A DNA stretch of 64,000 nt, from contig DATLOE010000003.1 in assembly GCA_035536395.1 (NCBI GenBank), positions 35,713 to 99,712 of the forward strand, read 5' to 3'. Origin of the DNA: Candidatus Dormiibacterota bacterium (GTDB lineage Bacteria; Patescibacteriota; Saccharimonadia; UBA4664; DATLOE01). A program made the position numbers and the translations under genes. The notes below the pieces were generated by a model that saw only the letters and a program-made list of their open reading frames with translations, did not search any database and was not told the origin of the DNA. Shown here in pieces: positions 49,392-58,318 of this stretch. Each line of letters begins with the position of its first letter. The stretch's first letter is position 1.

Positions 49392-52300
49392 TCAAGCCTG
49401 GAAGCGAGCAATCTCACCATCAGCAATTGCCTCTTTCAGCTCCTGAACCAGATTGCTATCGAACGTGACTTTAAAAGGTAGTATCAGCTTTTTGGGCGGA
49501 TCACCCGGCAGTACCAGACAGGTGGGGTTGGCACCCGGATATTTCATTAGAATATCTTTAATTGTGGTCAGAATGCCGGTATCGGTCATTTTGGCTAGAC
49601 GAATTACCAACACCTCAGGCTTTGCCTTTACTTCCGCTTCGGGCGGCTTGGCTTCGGCCTTGGGCTTAGCAGAAGGTTTATGACTTTTAGCCGCGTCGTA
49701 ATCTATCAGTTCGGCCCGATCTACCATTACCTTTATCTCTGTACCCACTCGCCCGTCGCGGTCTTTGGTGCTGATCTTACCGGCTACCTTAATAACCTTA
49801 TCTGCCTCCCACAAATCCGGTTGGGCCTCGTATGCACGGGGGAACACAATCAGTTCCAGGCTCTCCCCGCTCTTATCCTCTAGACCCACAAAGGCCATCA
49901 TGGCATTATTTTTTGTCGTAATCTTACGCACCGTCGTAATAATACCGCCGATGGTCACAGCCTTACCCTCCATTTCTACCGTCAGGACTTTGATTGGCAC
50001 AGTGTGGTCTGTAAGGTAGGCCTCGTAATCATCCAGGGGGTGGTGCGAAAGGTAGAGTCCTAATAGCTCCTTCTCCCAGCTCAGCTGCTCACGGGGTGAA
50101 AGGGTCTCGGGCGGCAGATCCATACGCAGAGCAGGAGCGGCGTCCTCGATACCCAGCGAACCGAAAATGTCGATCTGCCCAGAGAGCGCGTTCTTCTGCG
50201 CTTTGGAGGCATACGACATAATGGAATCCAGGTTGTGCAGTAGCTGGCCGCGCTCACCGAAATCGTCCATGGCGCCGGATTTTATCAAACTCTCCCAAAC
50301 CTTACGGTTTGTTTCTGTAACCGGCACCCTTTTGGCAAAATCTTCGATCGATTTAAAACGCTCAGCCTCGCGTACCGCTAGAATCGCCTCGATTGCACCT
50401 GTACCGACATTCTTAATAGCACTCAGGCCAAAGCGAATATCGCCTGTTTCTGGGATAACGCCGAATTCCAGGAAACTCTCATTAACACTTGGCGGCAGGA
50501 TCTTAATGCCCATCCGCTGGCACTCGGCCACTTCTATTGCAATGCGGTCTATATCGCCATGGTCACTCGTCATAAGGGCTGCCATAAAAGCGGCCGGGTA
50601 GTGGGCTTTTAGGTAGGCTGTTTGGTAGGCGATCATAGCGTAGCAGGCGGCATGCGATTTATTAAAGCAGTAGGCGGCAAAGTCTTCGAGATTGAGCCAA
50701 AAATCCTCCACTACCTGGCGATCGACTTGAGAGACCTTAATAGCCCCCTCTATGAACTCGGTTTTCATCTTGGCCATGACAGAAGGAATCTTTTTACCAA
50801 TGGCTTTGCGCAGAGTGTCGGCCTGGCCGCCAGTAAAACCACTCATTTCCTTAGCAATCTGCATTACCTGCTCTTGGTAGACCACCACACCGTATGTACT
50901 CTTCAGGGCCGATTCCATAGTAGGATGCAAGTACTCAATTTGGCGCCGGCCATGCTTACGGGCAATAAAATCATCGATCCACTGCATAGGGCCGGGGCGG
51001 TAAAGTGCCACCATGGCCACAATGTCATCGAAGCGGTTTGGCTTAAGTTCGCGAATATAGCGCTTCATGCCGGCTGATTCCAGCTGGAACACACCGGTGG
51101 TATCGCCGCGGGCCAGTAGCTCATAGGTTTTAATATCATCAATCGGTATTTCAGCGATATCTATATTAGTATTATGAACCCTCTTAACTATTCTAAGCGT
51201 ATTCTTAATAATCGTGAGGTTGGAGAGGCCCAAGAAATCCATCTTTAAGAGGCCAAGGTCTTCTATTGGCCACATATCATACTGGGTGGAAGTGCCGCCC
51301 TTTTGCGCCCTTTGCAATGGTGTGTATTTGGTGATTTCATCCGGCGCTATTACCACACCGGCTGCATGCACGCCGTTAGAGCGAATAGTGCCCTCCAGTC
51401 GGCTGGCTAGATCGATCAAGCGTTTGGCCCGAGGGTTAGATTCGTACTCGGCCCTAAACTCCGGATTATCCTTGGCCGATTTCAAAAGCGGCACGTGCCG
51501 GCCCTGTACCGGCTGGGGTACTAGTTTAGCAATTGCATCGACCTCAGCGTAAGCCATGCCCAGTGCACGGCCGGTATCGCGCACGGCGGCGCGGGCGGCC
51601 ATGGTGCCGAAGGTAATAATCTGCGCCACCCTATCCTGGCCGTACTTTTCTGTCACATAGGCAATCACCTCACCGCGCCGGGTATCCTGCATATCAATAT
51701 CTATATCAGGCATGCTGATACGATCGGGGTTCAAAAACCGCTCAAACAGCAAATTGAACTTGAGCGGATCGAGGTCTGTGATATTTAGGCCATATGCGAT
51801 TATAGAACCGGCTGCCGAACCGCGCCCTGGGCCGAAGATGATTCCCCTGTTTTTCCCCCAGTTAATAAAATCGGCTACGATCAAAAAGTAGCTTTCAAAA
51901 CCCATCTTACTAATAACACCCAGCTCATAATCGGCCCGCTCCACTACCTCTTTGGGCAGAGCCTTGCGGGCTTTGGCCTCTGTTACCAAACCTGTATCTT
52001 CTTTGGCTATGCCGCCATAGCGCCACATAAGCCCCTGCCAGCACAGTTCGCTTAAGTACTCGCCTTCGGTCTGCTTGGTAGGCACTTCAAAGTGCGGCAG
52101 TAAGATCTTGCCCAGTTCTAGTTCGACATTGCATTTTTCTGCAATAACCGCGGTATTGGCTATGGCCTCAGAGAGGTGTTGCCAGCGCTCTGCGATCTCC
52201 TCGGGCGAGGAAACGAACAGGGCCATTTCCATCTCCATTCGGTCGGTATCGCCAATGGTGCGGCCGGTCTGCACGCACAGCAGTATCTCGTGCGCCTCGC

Positions 52301-52982
52301 GATCAAGTTCATTGGTATAGTGGCTGTCGGCCGTAACCACCAGCGGCACGTTGGTCTTTTTGCTAAGTTCGATCAGCCCTTTATTAATCTGCTTCTGCGG
52401 CTCCCACTCCTCATGGTCTTGCAGCTCCAAGTAGTAATCTTCGCCAAAGGTCTCCTTGTACCAATTAATAGTATCTTCGGCCTCCTTCATAGAGCCATTC
52501 AGGATATGTCGGGCAACCTCACCCGAAGCACAGCCAGAGAGTGCTATGAGACCCTCTTTGTATTTAGCCAGCAGCGGGCGATCGATGCGAGGGCGGTAAT
52601 AAAAACCCTCCAGGTGGGCCATGGTGGAAAGACGCATTAAATTCAAATAGCCCTGGTAGTTCTTGGCTAGTAGAATTAAGTGGTAGGGGTTGGAATCGAG
52701 CCGGCTCTGCTTATCGCCCATACCGCGCACGGCTACATAGGCCTCCATGCCAATGATGGGTTTAATGTCCCGGGCCTTGGCCTCCTTGTAGAATTCCACA
52801 GTACCGCTCATATTTCCATGATCGGTCAGAGCCACAGCGCTCATCCCCTGCTCTTTTACCCTATCAAGCATTTGCGGAACCTTCTGCAGCCCATCCAGAA
52901 GGCTGTAGTGACTATGGTTATGAAGATGAACAAACCCTACTGGCGCCTTAGTTTTAGGCGCCGCTGCTGTGGCTTTAGTCAC
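49392..52982 (-). CDS. dnaE: DNA polymerase III alpha subunit
   Basis: HLHNHSHYSLLDG PHP domain, GRGSAAGS, PDIDID, FNKSHA. Confidence 0.98.
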   Translation of the reverse strand: MTKATAAAPKTKAPVGFVHLHNHSHYSLLDGLQKVPQMLDRVKEQGMSAVALTDHGNMSGTVEFYKEAKARDIKPIIGMEAYVAVRGMGDKQSRLDSNPYHLILLAKNYQGYLNLMRLSTMAHLEGFYYRPRIDRPLLAKYKEGLIALSGCASGEVARHILNGSMKEAEDTINWYKETFGEDYYLELQDHEEWEPQKQINKGLIELSKKTNVPLVVTADSHYTNELDREAHEILLCVQTGRTIGDTDRMEMEMALFVSSPEEIAERWQHLSEAIANTAVIAEKCNVELELGKILLPHFEVPTKQTEGEYLSELCWQGLMWRYGGIAKEDTGLVTEAKARKALPKEVVERADYELGVISKMGFESYFLIVADFINWGKNRGIIFGPGRGSAAGSIIAYGLNITDLDPLKFNLLFERFLNPDRISMPDIDIDMQDTRRGEVIAYVTEKYGQDRVAQIITFGTMAARAAVRDTGRALGMAYAEVDAIAKLVPQPVQGRHVPLLKSAKDNPEFRAEYESNPRAKRLIDLASRLEGTIRSNGVHAAGVVIAPDEITKYTPLQRAQKGGTSTQYDMWPIEDLGLLKMDFLGLSNLTIIKNTLRIVKRVHNTNIDIAEIPIDDIKTYELLARGDTTGVFQLESAGMKRYIRELKPNRFDDIVAMVALYRPGPMQWIDDFIARKHGRRQIEYLHPTMESALKSTYGVVVYQEQVMQIAKEMSGFTGGQADTLRKAIGKKIPSVMAKMKTEFIEGAIKVSQVDRQVVEDFWLNLEDFAAYCFNKSHAACYAMIAYQTAYLKAHYPAAFMAALMTSDHGDIDRIAIEVAECQRMGIKILPPSVNESFLEFGVIPETGDIRFGLSAIKNVGTGAIEAILAVREAERFKSIEDFAKRVPVTETNRKVWESLIKSGAMDDFGERGQLLHNLDSIMSYASKAQKNALSGQIDIFGSLGIEDAAPALRMDLPPETLSPREQLSWEKELLGLYLSHHPLDDYEAYLTDHTVPIKVLTVEMEGKAVTIGGIITTVRKITTKNNAMMAFVGLEDKSGESLELIVFPRAYEAQPDLWEADKVIKVAGKISTKDRDGRVGTEIKVMVDRAELIDYDAAKSHKPSAKPKAEAKPPEAEVKAKPEVLVIRLAKMTDTGILTTIKDILMKYPGANPTCLVLPGDPPKKLILPFKVTFDSNLVQELKEAIADGEIARFQA

Positions 52983-53038
52983 TTTGGTCCCCTTTCGTTA
53001 CGCTAATTTTAGCATAACCATAATGAGTACAAAAGACG

Positions 53039-53320
53039 CTAACGCTGAATTGTTTGGACTAGGTCTTTAAAGAACTGGCCGATTACTGGCAGGGCGCCGG
53101 CCAGATCAAGTACATATAAAAGCAGAGCTATCATTACCGTAGCGCCTATAACACCGCCGAAGCCGGTAAGCAGGCCTCGTACAAAGGCACCCCAAATCTG
53201 CCGGCGCGTGTTGCCCAAGAGATTGATGTAATCGTTCACCAAGGTCGATTCTATTGCCCGACCCAGCTTCTCGTAATCCTCGGCCGAAGGCCTACTTTTT
53301 CTTGTCAGATCGCTTTTCAT
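53039..53320 (-). CDS. small membrane protein (DUF5665-like)
   Basis: FVRGLLTGFGGVIGAT...LPVIG; start uncertain (53320 or 53344). Confidence 0.75.
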   Translation of the reverse strand: MKSDLTRKSRPSAEDYEKLGRAIESTLVNDYINLLGNTRRQIWGAFVRGLLTGFGGVIGATVMIALLLYVLDLAGALPVIGQFFKDLVQTIQR

Positions 53321-53771
53321 CAATCGCCTTATCGCGGGCTGCACGGATAATCTGCCGGGTTGTCTTTTCTAACTCATTCATAATAGCCGTTCCTTCATTT
53401 ACCAGCCTTTTTACATCTGTCATGGTTTCGTCTTTGGCTTGGTTACTGATTTTGCCCAGGCGTCCGGCTGAATCCTTAAGATCCTGCTTTAAGATTTCGG
53501 CTTTAGTGATTAAACGCTGACTTTCCTCATAAGCCTCGCCCTTCAGGTCTTTAGCGGCACTTTTAAGGCTGTCTATCCGCCCGTTTAAATCTCCCTCCAG
53601 CTCAAGTAGCTTTTGATCCATGTCCTTTTTTATCTTTTTTGCTTGGTCTTTAAGATCGGCCTGAGTCTCCTTGCCGCTTTTCGGTGCTAGCAGTAAAGCC
53701 GCTACCGAACCGACTATAGCACCAAACAATGTGCCCTTAATTAATCCTCTGCCATGTCCCTTTTTCCCCAT
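53292..53771 (-). CDS. YtxH domain protein
   Basis: GAIVGSVAALLLAPKSGKETQ followed by coiled coil. Confidence 0.9.
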   Translation of the reverse strand: MGKKGHGRGLIKGTLFGAIVGSVAALLLAPKSGKETQADLKDQAKKIKKDMDQKLLELEGDLNGRIDSLKSAAKDLKGEAYEESQRLITKAEILKQDLKDSAGRLGKISNQAKDETMTDVKRLVNEGTAIMNELEKTTRQIIRAARDKAIDEKRSDKKK

Positions 53772-54031
53772 TATTTCCTCCCTTTCATTTTTGATTTAAC
53801 TTTATTAAGCATCACGCCGCTAAGAGCCGAAAGTGCCGCCGGTACCAGCTTACGCCCGGCATATTTAAGAGCCTCACCCATATTCTCGGTGGTCTCATCT
53901 AGCCGTTGGGTTACCCTCCGGATGTTGAGTAGTATCTTTACCAGTACGAACGAAACTATAATGCCCATTATAACCAGAATTAAAAATCCGATACTTAGTA
54001 AAATTACCAAAACTGTTTGTGTATCTTGCAT
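53771..54031 (-). CDS. small membrane protein (YtxG/DUF948-like)
   Basis: N-terminal TM plus short coil directly upstream of ytxH-like gene. Confidence 0.75.
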   Translation of the reverse strand: MQDTQTVLVILLSIGFLILVIMGIIVSFVLVKILLNIRRVTQRLDETTENMGEALKYAGRKLVPAALSALSGVMLNKVKSKMKGRK

Positions 54032-54112
54032 AGGGGTCTCTTATTATGGCTTTATTATCGGATTTATTGGAGCCGGTTGCAAGCTTTAACGGTTATAAAA
54101 TCAATAAACCGT

Positions 54113-54673
54113 TTATTCTAGATCTTTTTTCTTGGCGACCAACACCCACTGCTGCCGTTCAATTACAGCATTCGGAAATATGTGCAGGCGGCCATCTTTA
54201 GTGCGCAGCCTGGTGCGGCGCATATCCATGCTCTCAACTATCCCCTCTACTTGCTCTTCTGGCTTAGAGGCACCCACAATCACTTGGTCTCCGACGTTAA
54301 AATCGCGATCGCGGGCCAGATCGATTCCGCCCAGCACGTCTGACACCAAGTTAGAAGAGCCTGTACCCAGCGCCAGGCCAATGGCACCGATTGCGAGCGA
54401 GAAGATCAAAGCCAGATTGTTTAAGTTTAGAGACTGGAGAACGATAATCACCAGACCCACCATTAGTAGCGCGTTTATCAGCGAGCCTAGGATTCCCTTG
54501 AGGCCGCGCGGCATTCTTACAAACCCCATCAGCCAAGAGGCTATCCACGAAAGCAGCCTTATTACCAGCAGACCTATTAGCAGGGTAGCCAAGGCGCTGG
54601 GCAGCTTGGGTATAATGTCGTTTAAATTGTTAGTCAGCGGTCCAAACAGATTTACGAGCGACAAATCAAACAC
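54113..54673 (-). CDS. small mechanosensitive channel (MscS family, truncated C-terminus)
   Basis: Three TM helices, FNVGDQV, GIVESMDMRRTRL..DG..IFPN. Confidence 0.88.
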   Translation of the reverse strand: MFDLSLVNLFGPLTNNLNDIIPKLPSALATLLIGLLVIRLLSWIASWLMGFVRMPRGLKGILGSLINALLMVGLVIIVLQSLNLNNLALIFSLAIGAIGLALGTGSSNLVSDVLGGIDLARDRDFNVGDQVIVGASKPEEQVEGIVESMDMRRTRLRTKDGRLHIFPNAVIERQQWVLVAKKKDLE

Positions 54674-56091
54674 TACTTATCTCCTAACTTTTTCTTGATT
54701 ATATCATTAACCATTGGCGGATTGGCCTGCCCCTTCGATTCTTTCATAACTTGGCCGACTAAAAATCCAAGCACCTTCTCATCTCCAGATTTATATTGCT
54801 GCACCGGCTTAGGATTGTTTTTTATGACTTGTTCGACAATCGTCTGTAACTCCCCTTCATCCGATACCTGCAGGTAGCCATGCTTCTCAGCTAGCTCTTC
54901 GGGGTCAGCGGAATCCTCGTGCATGAGAATAAAAATGTTTTTTGCATTAGTACTGCTCACTATCCCATCTTCGAACATATCGGCCAGTTGGGCTAGGCGC
55001 TTAGCATCCGGGGTCTTGCCTCTGAATTCGTCATTAAACTGATTGGCCACCCAGTTGATGATGTGAATTATCCGCTTCGGGTCCTGAGTATGCTGGCGGC
55101 TTTCAAAGACTTTTTCGGCCAGCAGTGCCTCTTCCACCAAGAACTCCACATCCTGCTTCTTAACCTCAAGCTCTGCCAGTGTACTGCGCACATCATTCGG
55201 CATTATATCCGGCAAACCAGCCTTGGCTTTAGCCAGCATTGCATCAGTCACCACAATCGGTGGCAGGTCGGGTTCTGGGAAGTAGCGGTAATCGTGGGCT
55301 TCCTCCTTACTGCGCTGGCTAAACGTAATCTGTTTATCCTCATTCCAACCGCGTGTCTCCTGCTCGACTTTGCCACCTGAATCCAGCACCTCGGCTTGGC
55401 GCCCCGCTTCATACTCCACCACGCCATACACCGCGCGGAAGGAGTTGAGATTTTTAATTTCAGCGCGAGTGCCCAGCTCTTTACTGCCGGCCAGCCTTAG
55501 GCTGATGTTTACATCAAATCTCATGTTGCCGTAGTAGAGATCACAATCGCTCACCCCAGCGTAACGCATTAGATGGTAGAGCTCCTGGGCGTAGGCCTTG
55601 GCCTCACCAGCCGTGCGCATATCGGGCTCAGAGACGATTTCCATCAGCGGGGTGCCGGCGCGGTTCAGATCTACCAGCGAATAATCTTTGCCCGGCGGAT
55701 GAACCAGCTTACCGGCATCGGCCTCCAAATGGGCGCGGGTAACACCGACTGTTTTGCCTCCGGGCAGTTCCACCTTGCCCTTCCCCACAATTGGCTCGTC
55801 GTATTGTGTGATCTGGTAATTACTCGGGTTGTCGGGATAAAAGTAATTTTTACGATCGAACTTGGTCTGCTTGGGAATCTCACCATTCAAAGCCAGGCCG
55901 GCCCGAATAGCCAACTCCACCGCTTTTCCGTTTAGCACCGGTAGCGAACCGGGTAGGGCGGCACAGACCGGGCAGATGTTTACATTCGGCTCAGCTTCGC
56001 GCGAATCATTATCGCACCCGCAGAACAGCTTGCTTTTAGTGGCTAACTGCACGTGCGTTTCTATGCCGATTACTGCCTCATACTTACTCAT
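54673..56091 (-). CDS. gatB: Asp/Glu-tRNA amidotransferase subunit B
   Basis: GIETHVQL, FDRKNYFYPD, DLNRAGTPLMEIV, DYRYFPEPDL. Confidence 0.98.
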   Translation of the reverse strand: MSKYEAVIGIETHVQLATKSKLFCGCDNDSREAEPNVNICPVCAALPGSLPVLNGKAVELAIRAGLALNGEIPKQTKFDRKNYFYPDNPSNYQITQYDEPIVGKGKVELPGGKTVGVTRAHLEADAGKLVHPPGKDYSLVDLNRAGTPLMEIVSEPDMRTAGEAKAYAQELYHLMRYAGVSDCDLYYGNMRFDVNISLRLAGSKELGTRAEIKNLNSFRAVYGVVEYEAGRQAEVLDSGGKVEQETRGWNEDKQITFSQRSKEEAHDYRYFPEPDLPPIVVTDAMLAKAKAGLPDIMPNDVRSTLAELEVKKQDVEFLVEEALLAEKVFESRQHTQDPKRIIHIINWVANQFNDEFRGKTPDAKRLAQLADMFEDGIVSSTNAKNIFILMHEDSADPEELAEKHGYLQVSDEGELQTIVEQVIKNNPKPVQQYKSGDEKVLGFLVGQVMKESKGQANPPMVNDIIKKKLGDK

Positions 56092-56531
56092 TACAGCGCC
56101 TCCAAATCTTTCAGGCCGCCCTCAAAACCCTGCAGAGCTTCCCGGGCTTGAGTCGGCACCAGGTCAAACCCGACTTCGTGCACCAAGACGTTGCGCAGTT
56201 TATGAGCCTCCCACACCGCATTGCGGTTCTTCAAATTCTTCTGGGCAATTTTGAGGCGGTCGGCCATTGTCTGACCCGCGTAGCCCTGCTGCTTCATCAC
56301 GTAATCCAGAAGCTTATCGGCTTCCATCACCGCATGGCGGATGTCATTACCATTGCCTTTTGCAAGCTCTGTAATCGTCTGCCAGCGGCTAGCCACTAGC
56401 GCACGATCAACATGTCCAACCTGCCCGGCCCGGCCGCGCTTTTTTACAGATTTGGCCGGAGTGCGCACGGTAATAACGGCAAAGAGCAGTATAGCCACTG
56501 CCAGCACGATAATCAGAAAAGTCAGTGTCAT
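56091..56531 (-). CDS. membrane-anchored protein with HEPN-like R-X4-H motif
   Basis: N-terminal TM; AVMEADKLLD..MADRLK..WEAHKLRNVLVHE; overlaps gatA stop and gatB start. Confidence 0.8.
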   Translation of the reverse strand: MTLTFLIIVLAVAILLFAVITVRTPAKSVKKRGRAGQVGHVDRALVASRWQTITELAKGNGNDIRHAVMEADKLLDYVMKQQGYAGQTMADRLKIAQKNLKNRNAVWEAHKLRNVLVHEVGFDLVPTQAREALQGFEGGLKDLEAL

Positions 56532-57952
56532 TTCTCCCCCTGTAGCAGCTTCTCTATAGACGAGGCGGCCGAGAGCAGAGTCGCGTCTTTTTTCTGCGAT
56601 GCCACAATCTGCAAGCCAATCGGTAGTTCATTTGACGGCAAAGGAATGCTAATGGCCGGCACCCCCACCAAATTAACCGCCACGGTATTCACGTCTGATT
56701 GGTACATTGAAAGCGGATCGGCTTTTTCGCCCAGACCAAAAGCGGTGGTAGGCGCGGTAGGGCTTATTAAAACATCAAACTTTTTAAACGCCTCTTCGAA
56801 CTCACGAATAACGACCGTGCGGACTTTCTGCGCCTGCTTGTAGTAGGCCTCATAGTAGCCGCTAGAGAGCACATAAGTACCTATTAATATCCTCCGCTTG
56901 GCTTCGGTGCCAAAGCCCTCATCGCGGCTCAGCTGATAGGTTTCGGCCAAGGTATTGGCATTAGGTGAACTGTGGCCATAGCGAATGCCATCGTAGCGCG
57001 CCAAATTAGAACTGACCTCGGCCGGTACTAGAATGTAGTAACAAGCCAGCGCCAGCTCAACCGAGGGCAGGCTGATCTCGCTAACCTCGGCACCAGTTGC
57101 TTTAAGTGCATCGATTGCCTTAAGTGTCTGCTTTTTAACATCTGGGTCTGTACCTTTGGCGATGTATTCTTTGATCAGACCGATTTTAAGGCCTTTCACG
57201 CCCGAAGGTTTGCCGGTATAAGTTTCTTCTCTTTCAATCGTAGTGGCATCCAGCGCGTCTCGGCCGGCTATTACATCCAGCACCAGTGCCGCATCTTCCG
57301 TAGTGCGAGCCAGCGGGCCGATGACGTCTACCGAGCTGCCCATGGCCACCACACCGTAACGCGACACCAAGCCGTAAGTCGGCTTCAGCCCCACCACTCC
57401 ACAGAAAGCTGCCGGCTGGCGGATTGAGCCGCCGGTATCCGTGCCAAGCGCAAAGCTGCACAGGCCCAGTGCCACGGCCGAGGCTGAGCCGCCCGAAGAA
57501 CCGCCGGGTACTTTTTGTTGGTTAACGGGATTTTTGGTGGGGCCAAAATCACTATTCTCGGTACTGGAGCCGTGGGCAAAGGCATCCAGGTTGGCTTTGG
57601 CTACCATAATCGCCCCTTCGGCGCTGAGTTTCTTAACGGCGGTTGCCTGATAGGGTGCCTTGAATGGTTTAAGGATATTACTGCCGGCCGTAGTGTGGGT
57701 ATGGAAGGTAAGAAAATTATCTTTAGCTATAAATGGCACACCGGCTAGTAGACCCACCTGCTTGCCGCTTGCAACTTGACCGTCAACCCACTTGGCCCAC
57801 TCCAGAGCCGTCGGGTTTATTTCTAAAACAGCATGAAAATTCTCGTTGGCCTTAATAGCTTCCAGGCAGTGCTGCACCAAATCGACGGCTTTAATTTTGC
57901 CCGCCTGCACGTCGGCCGCAATATCCGCAATCGGGCGTTTGATATCTATCAC
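56528..57952 (-). CDS. gatA: Asp/Glu-tRNA amidotransferase subunit A
   Basis: KDN, PGGSSGGS, GTDTGGSIRQPA amidase signature. Confidence 0.98.
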   Translation of the reverse strand: MIDIKRPIADIAADVQAGKIKAVDLVQHCLEAIKANENFHAVLEINPTALEWAKWVDGQVASGKQVGLLAGVPFIAKDNFLTFHTHTTAGSNILKPFKAPYQATAVKKLSAEGAIMVAKANLDAFAHGSSTENSDFGPTKNPVNQQKVPGGSSGGSASAVALGLCSFALGTDTGGSIRQPAAFCGVVGLKPTYGLVSRYGVVAMGSSVDVIGPLARTTEDAALVLDVIAGRDALDATTIEREETYTGKPSGVKGLKIGLIKEYIAKGTDPDVKKQTLKAIDALKATGAEVSEISLPSVELALACYYILVPAEVSSNLARYDGIRYGHSSPNANTLAETYQLSRDEGFGTEAKRRILIGTYVLSSGYYEAYYKQAQKVRTVVIREFEEAFKKFDVLISPTAPTTAFGLGEKADPLSMYQSDVNTVAVNLVGVPAISIPLPSNELPIGLQIVASQKKDATLLSAASSIEKLLQGEK

Positions 57953-58239
57953 TCCAGCACCCGTTTGACTTTAAAGTAGCCCTTTTCTTGTTGTGGCGCA
58001 TTGGCCAGCATGTCTTCACGCTTCGGACTCTGCTTTACCACATCTTCCCGCCAGACATCGGTGAGGCCGGTTACTTGGTTGGTCGGCGGAACGCCCTTAG
58101 TATCTGCCTTTTGCAGCTGCTCCACAAAGCCCACGATTTTACCTAGCTCGCGGCTGAGCGGCTCTATCTCCTCATCTTTTAAACCTATTTGAGCCAGAGC
58201 GGCGACTCGCTGGACTTCTTCGGGTGTAATTTTTGACAT
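57949..58239 (-). CDS. gatC: Asp/Glu-tRNA amidotransferase subunit C
   Basis: ITPEEVQRVAALA..DTKGVPPT..REDV..NAP..YFKV; ATG 58239 preferred. Confidence 0.95.
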   Translation of the reverse strand: MSKITPEEVQRVAALAQIGLKDEEIEPLSRELGKIVGFVEQLQKADTKGVPPTNQVTGLTDVWREDVVKQSPKREDMLANAPQQEKGYFKVKRVLE

Positions 58240-58318
58240 ATGCATATTGTAACCACTTTAACTGGTAGGGGCAAAAGCCTTACCGTCGGGCGATCAGCCG
58301 GGTACGATAATCCGGTTT

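Noticed and set aside
21625-52982. Inteins, introns or frameshifts in rpoB, rpoC, dnaE, recG or clpC
   Set aside because: All are continuous ORFs of ordinary length with no splice-junction or homing-endonuclease motifs.
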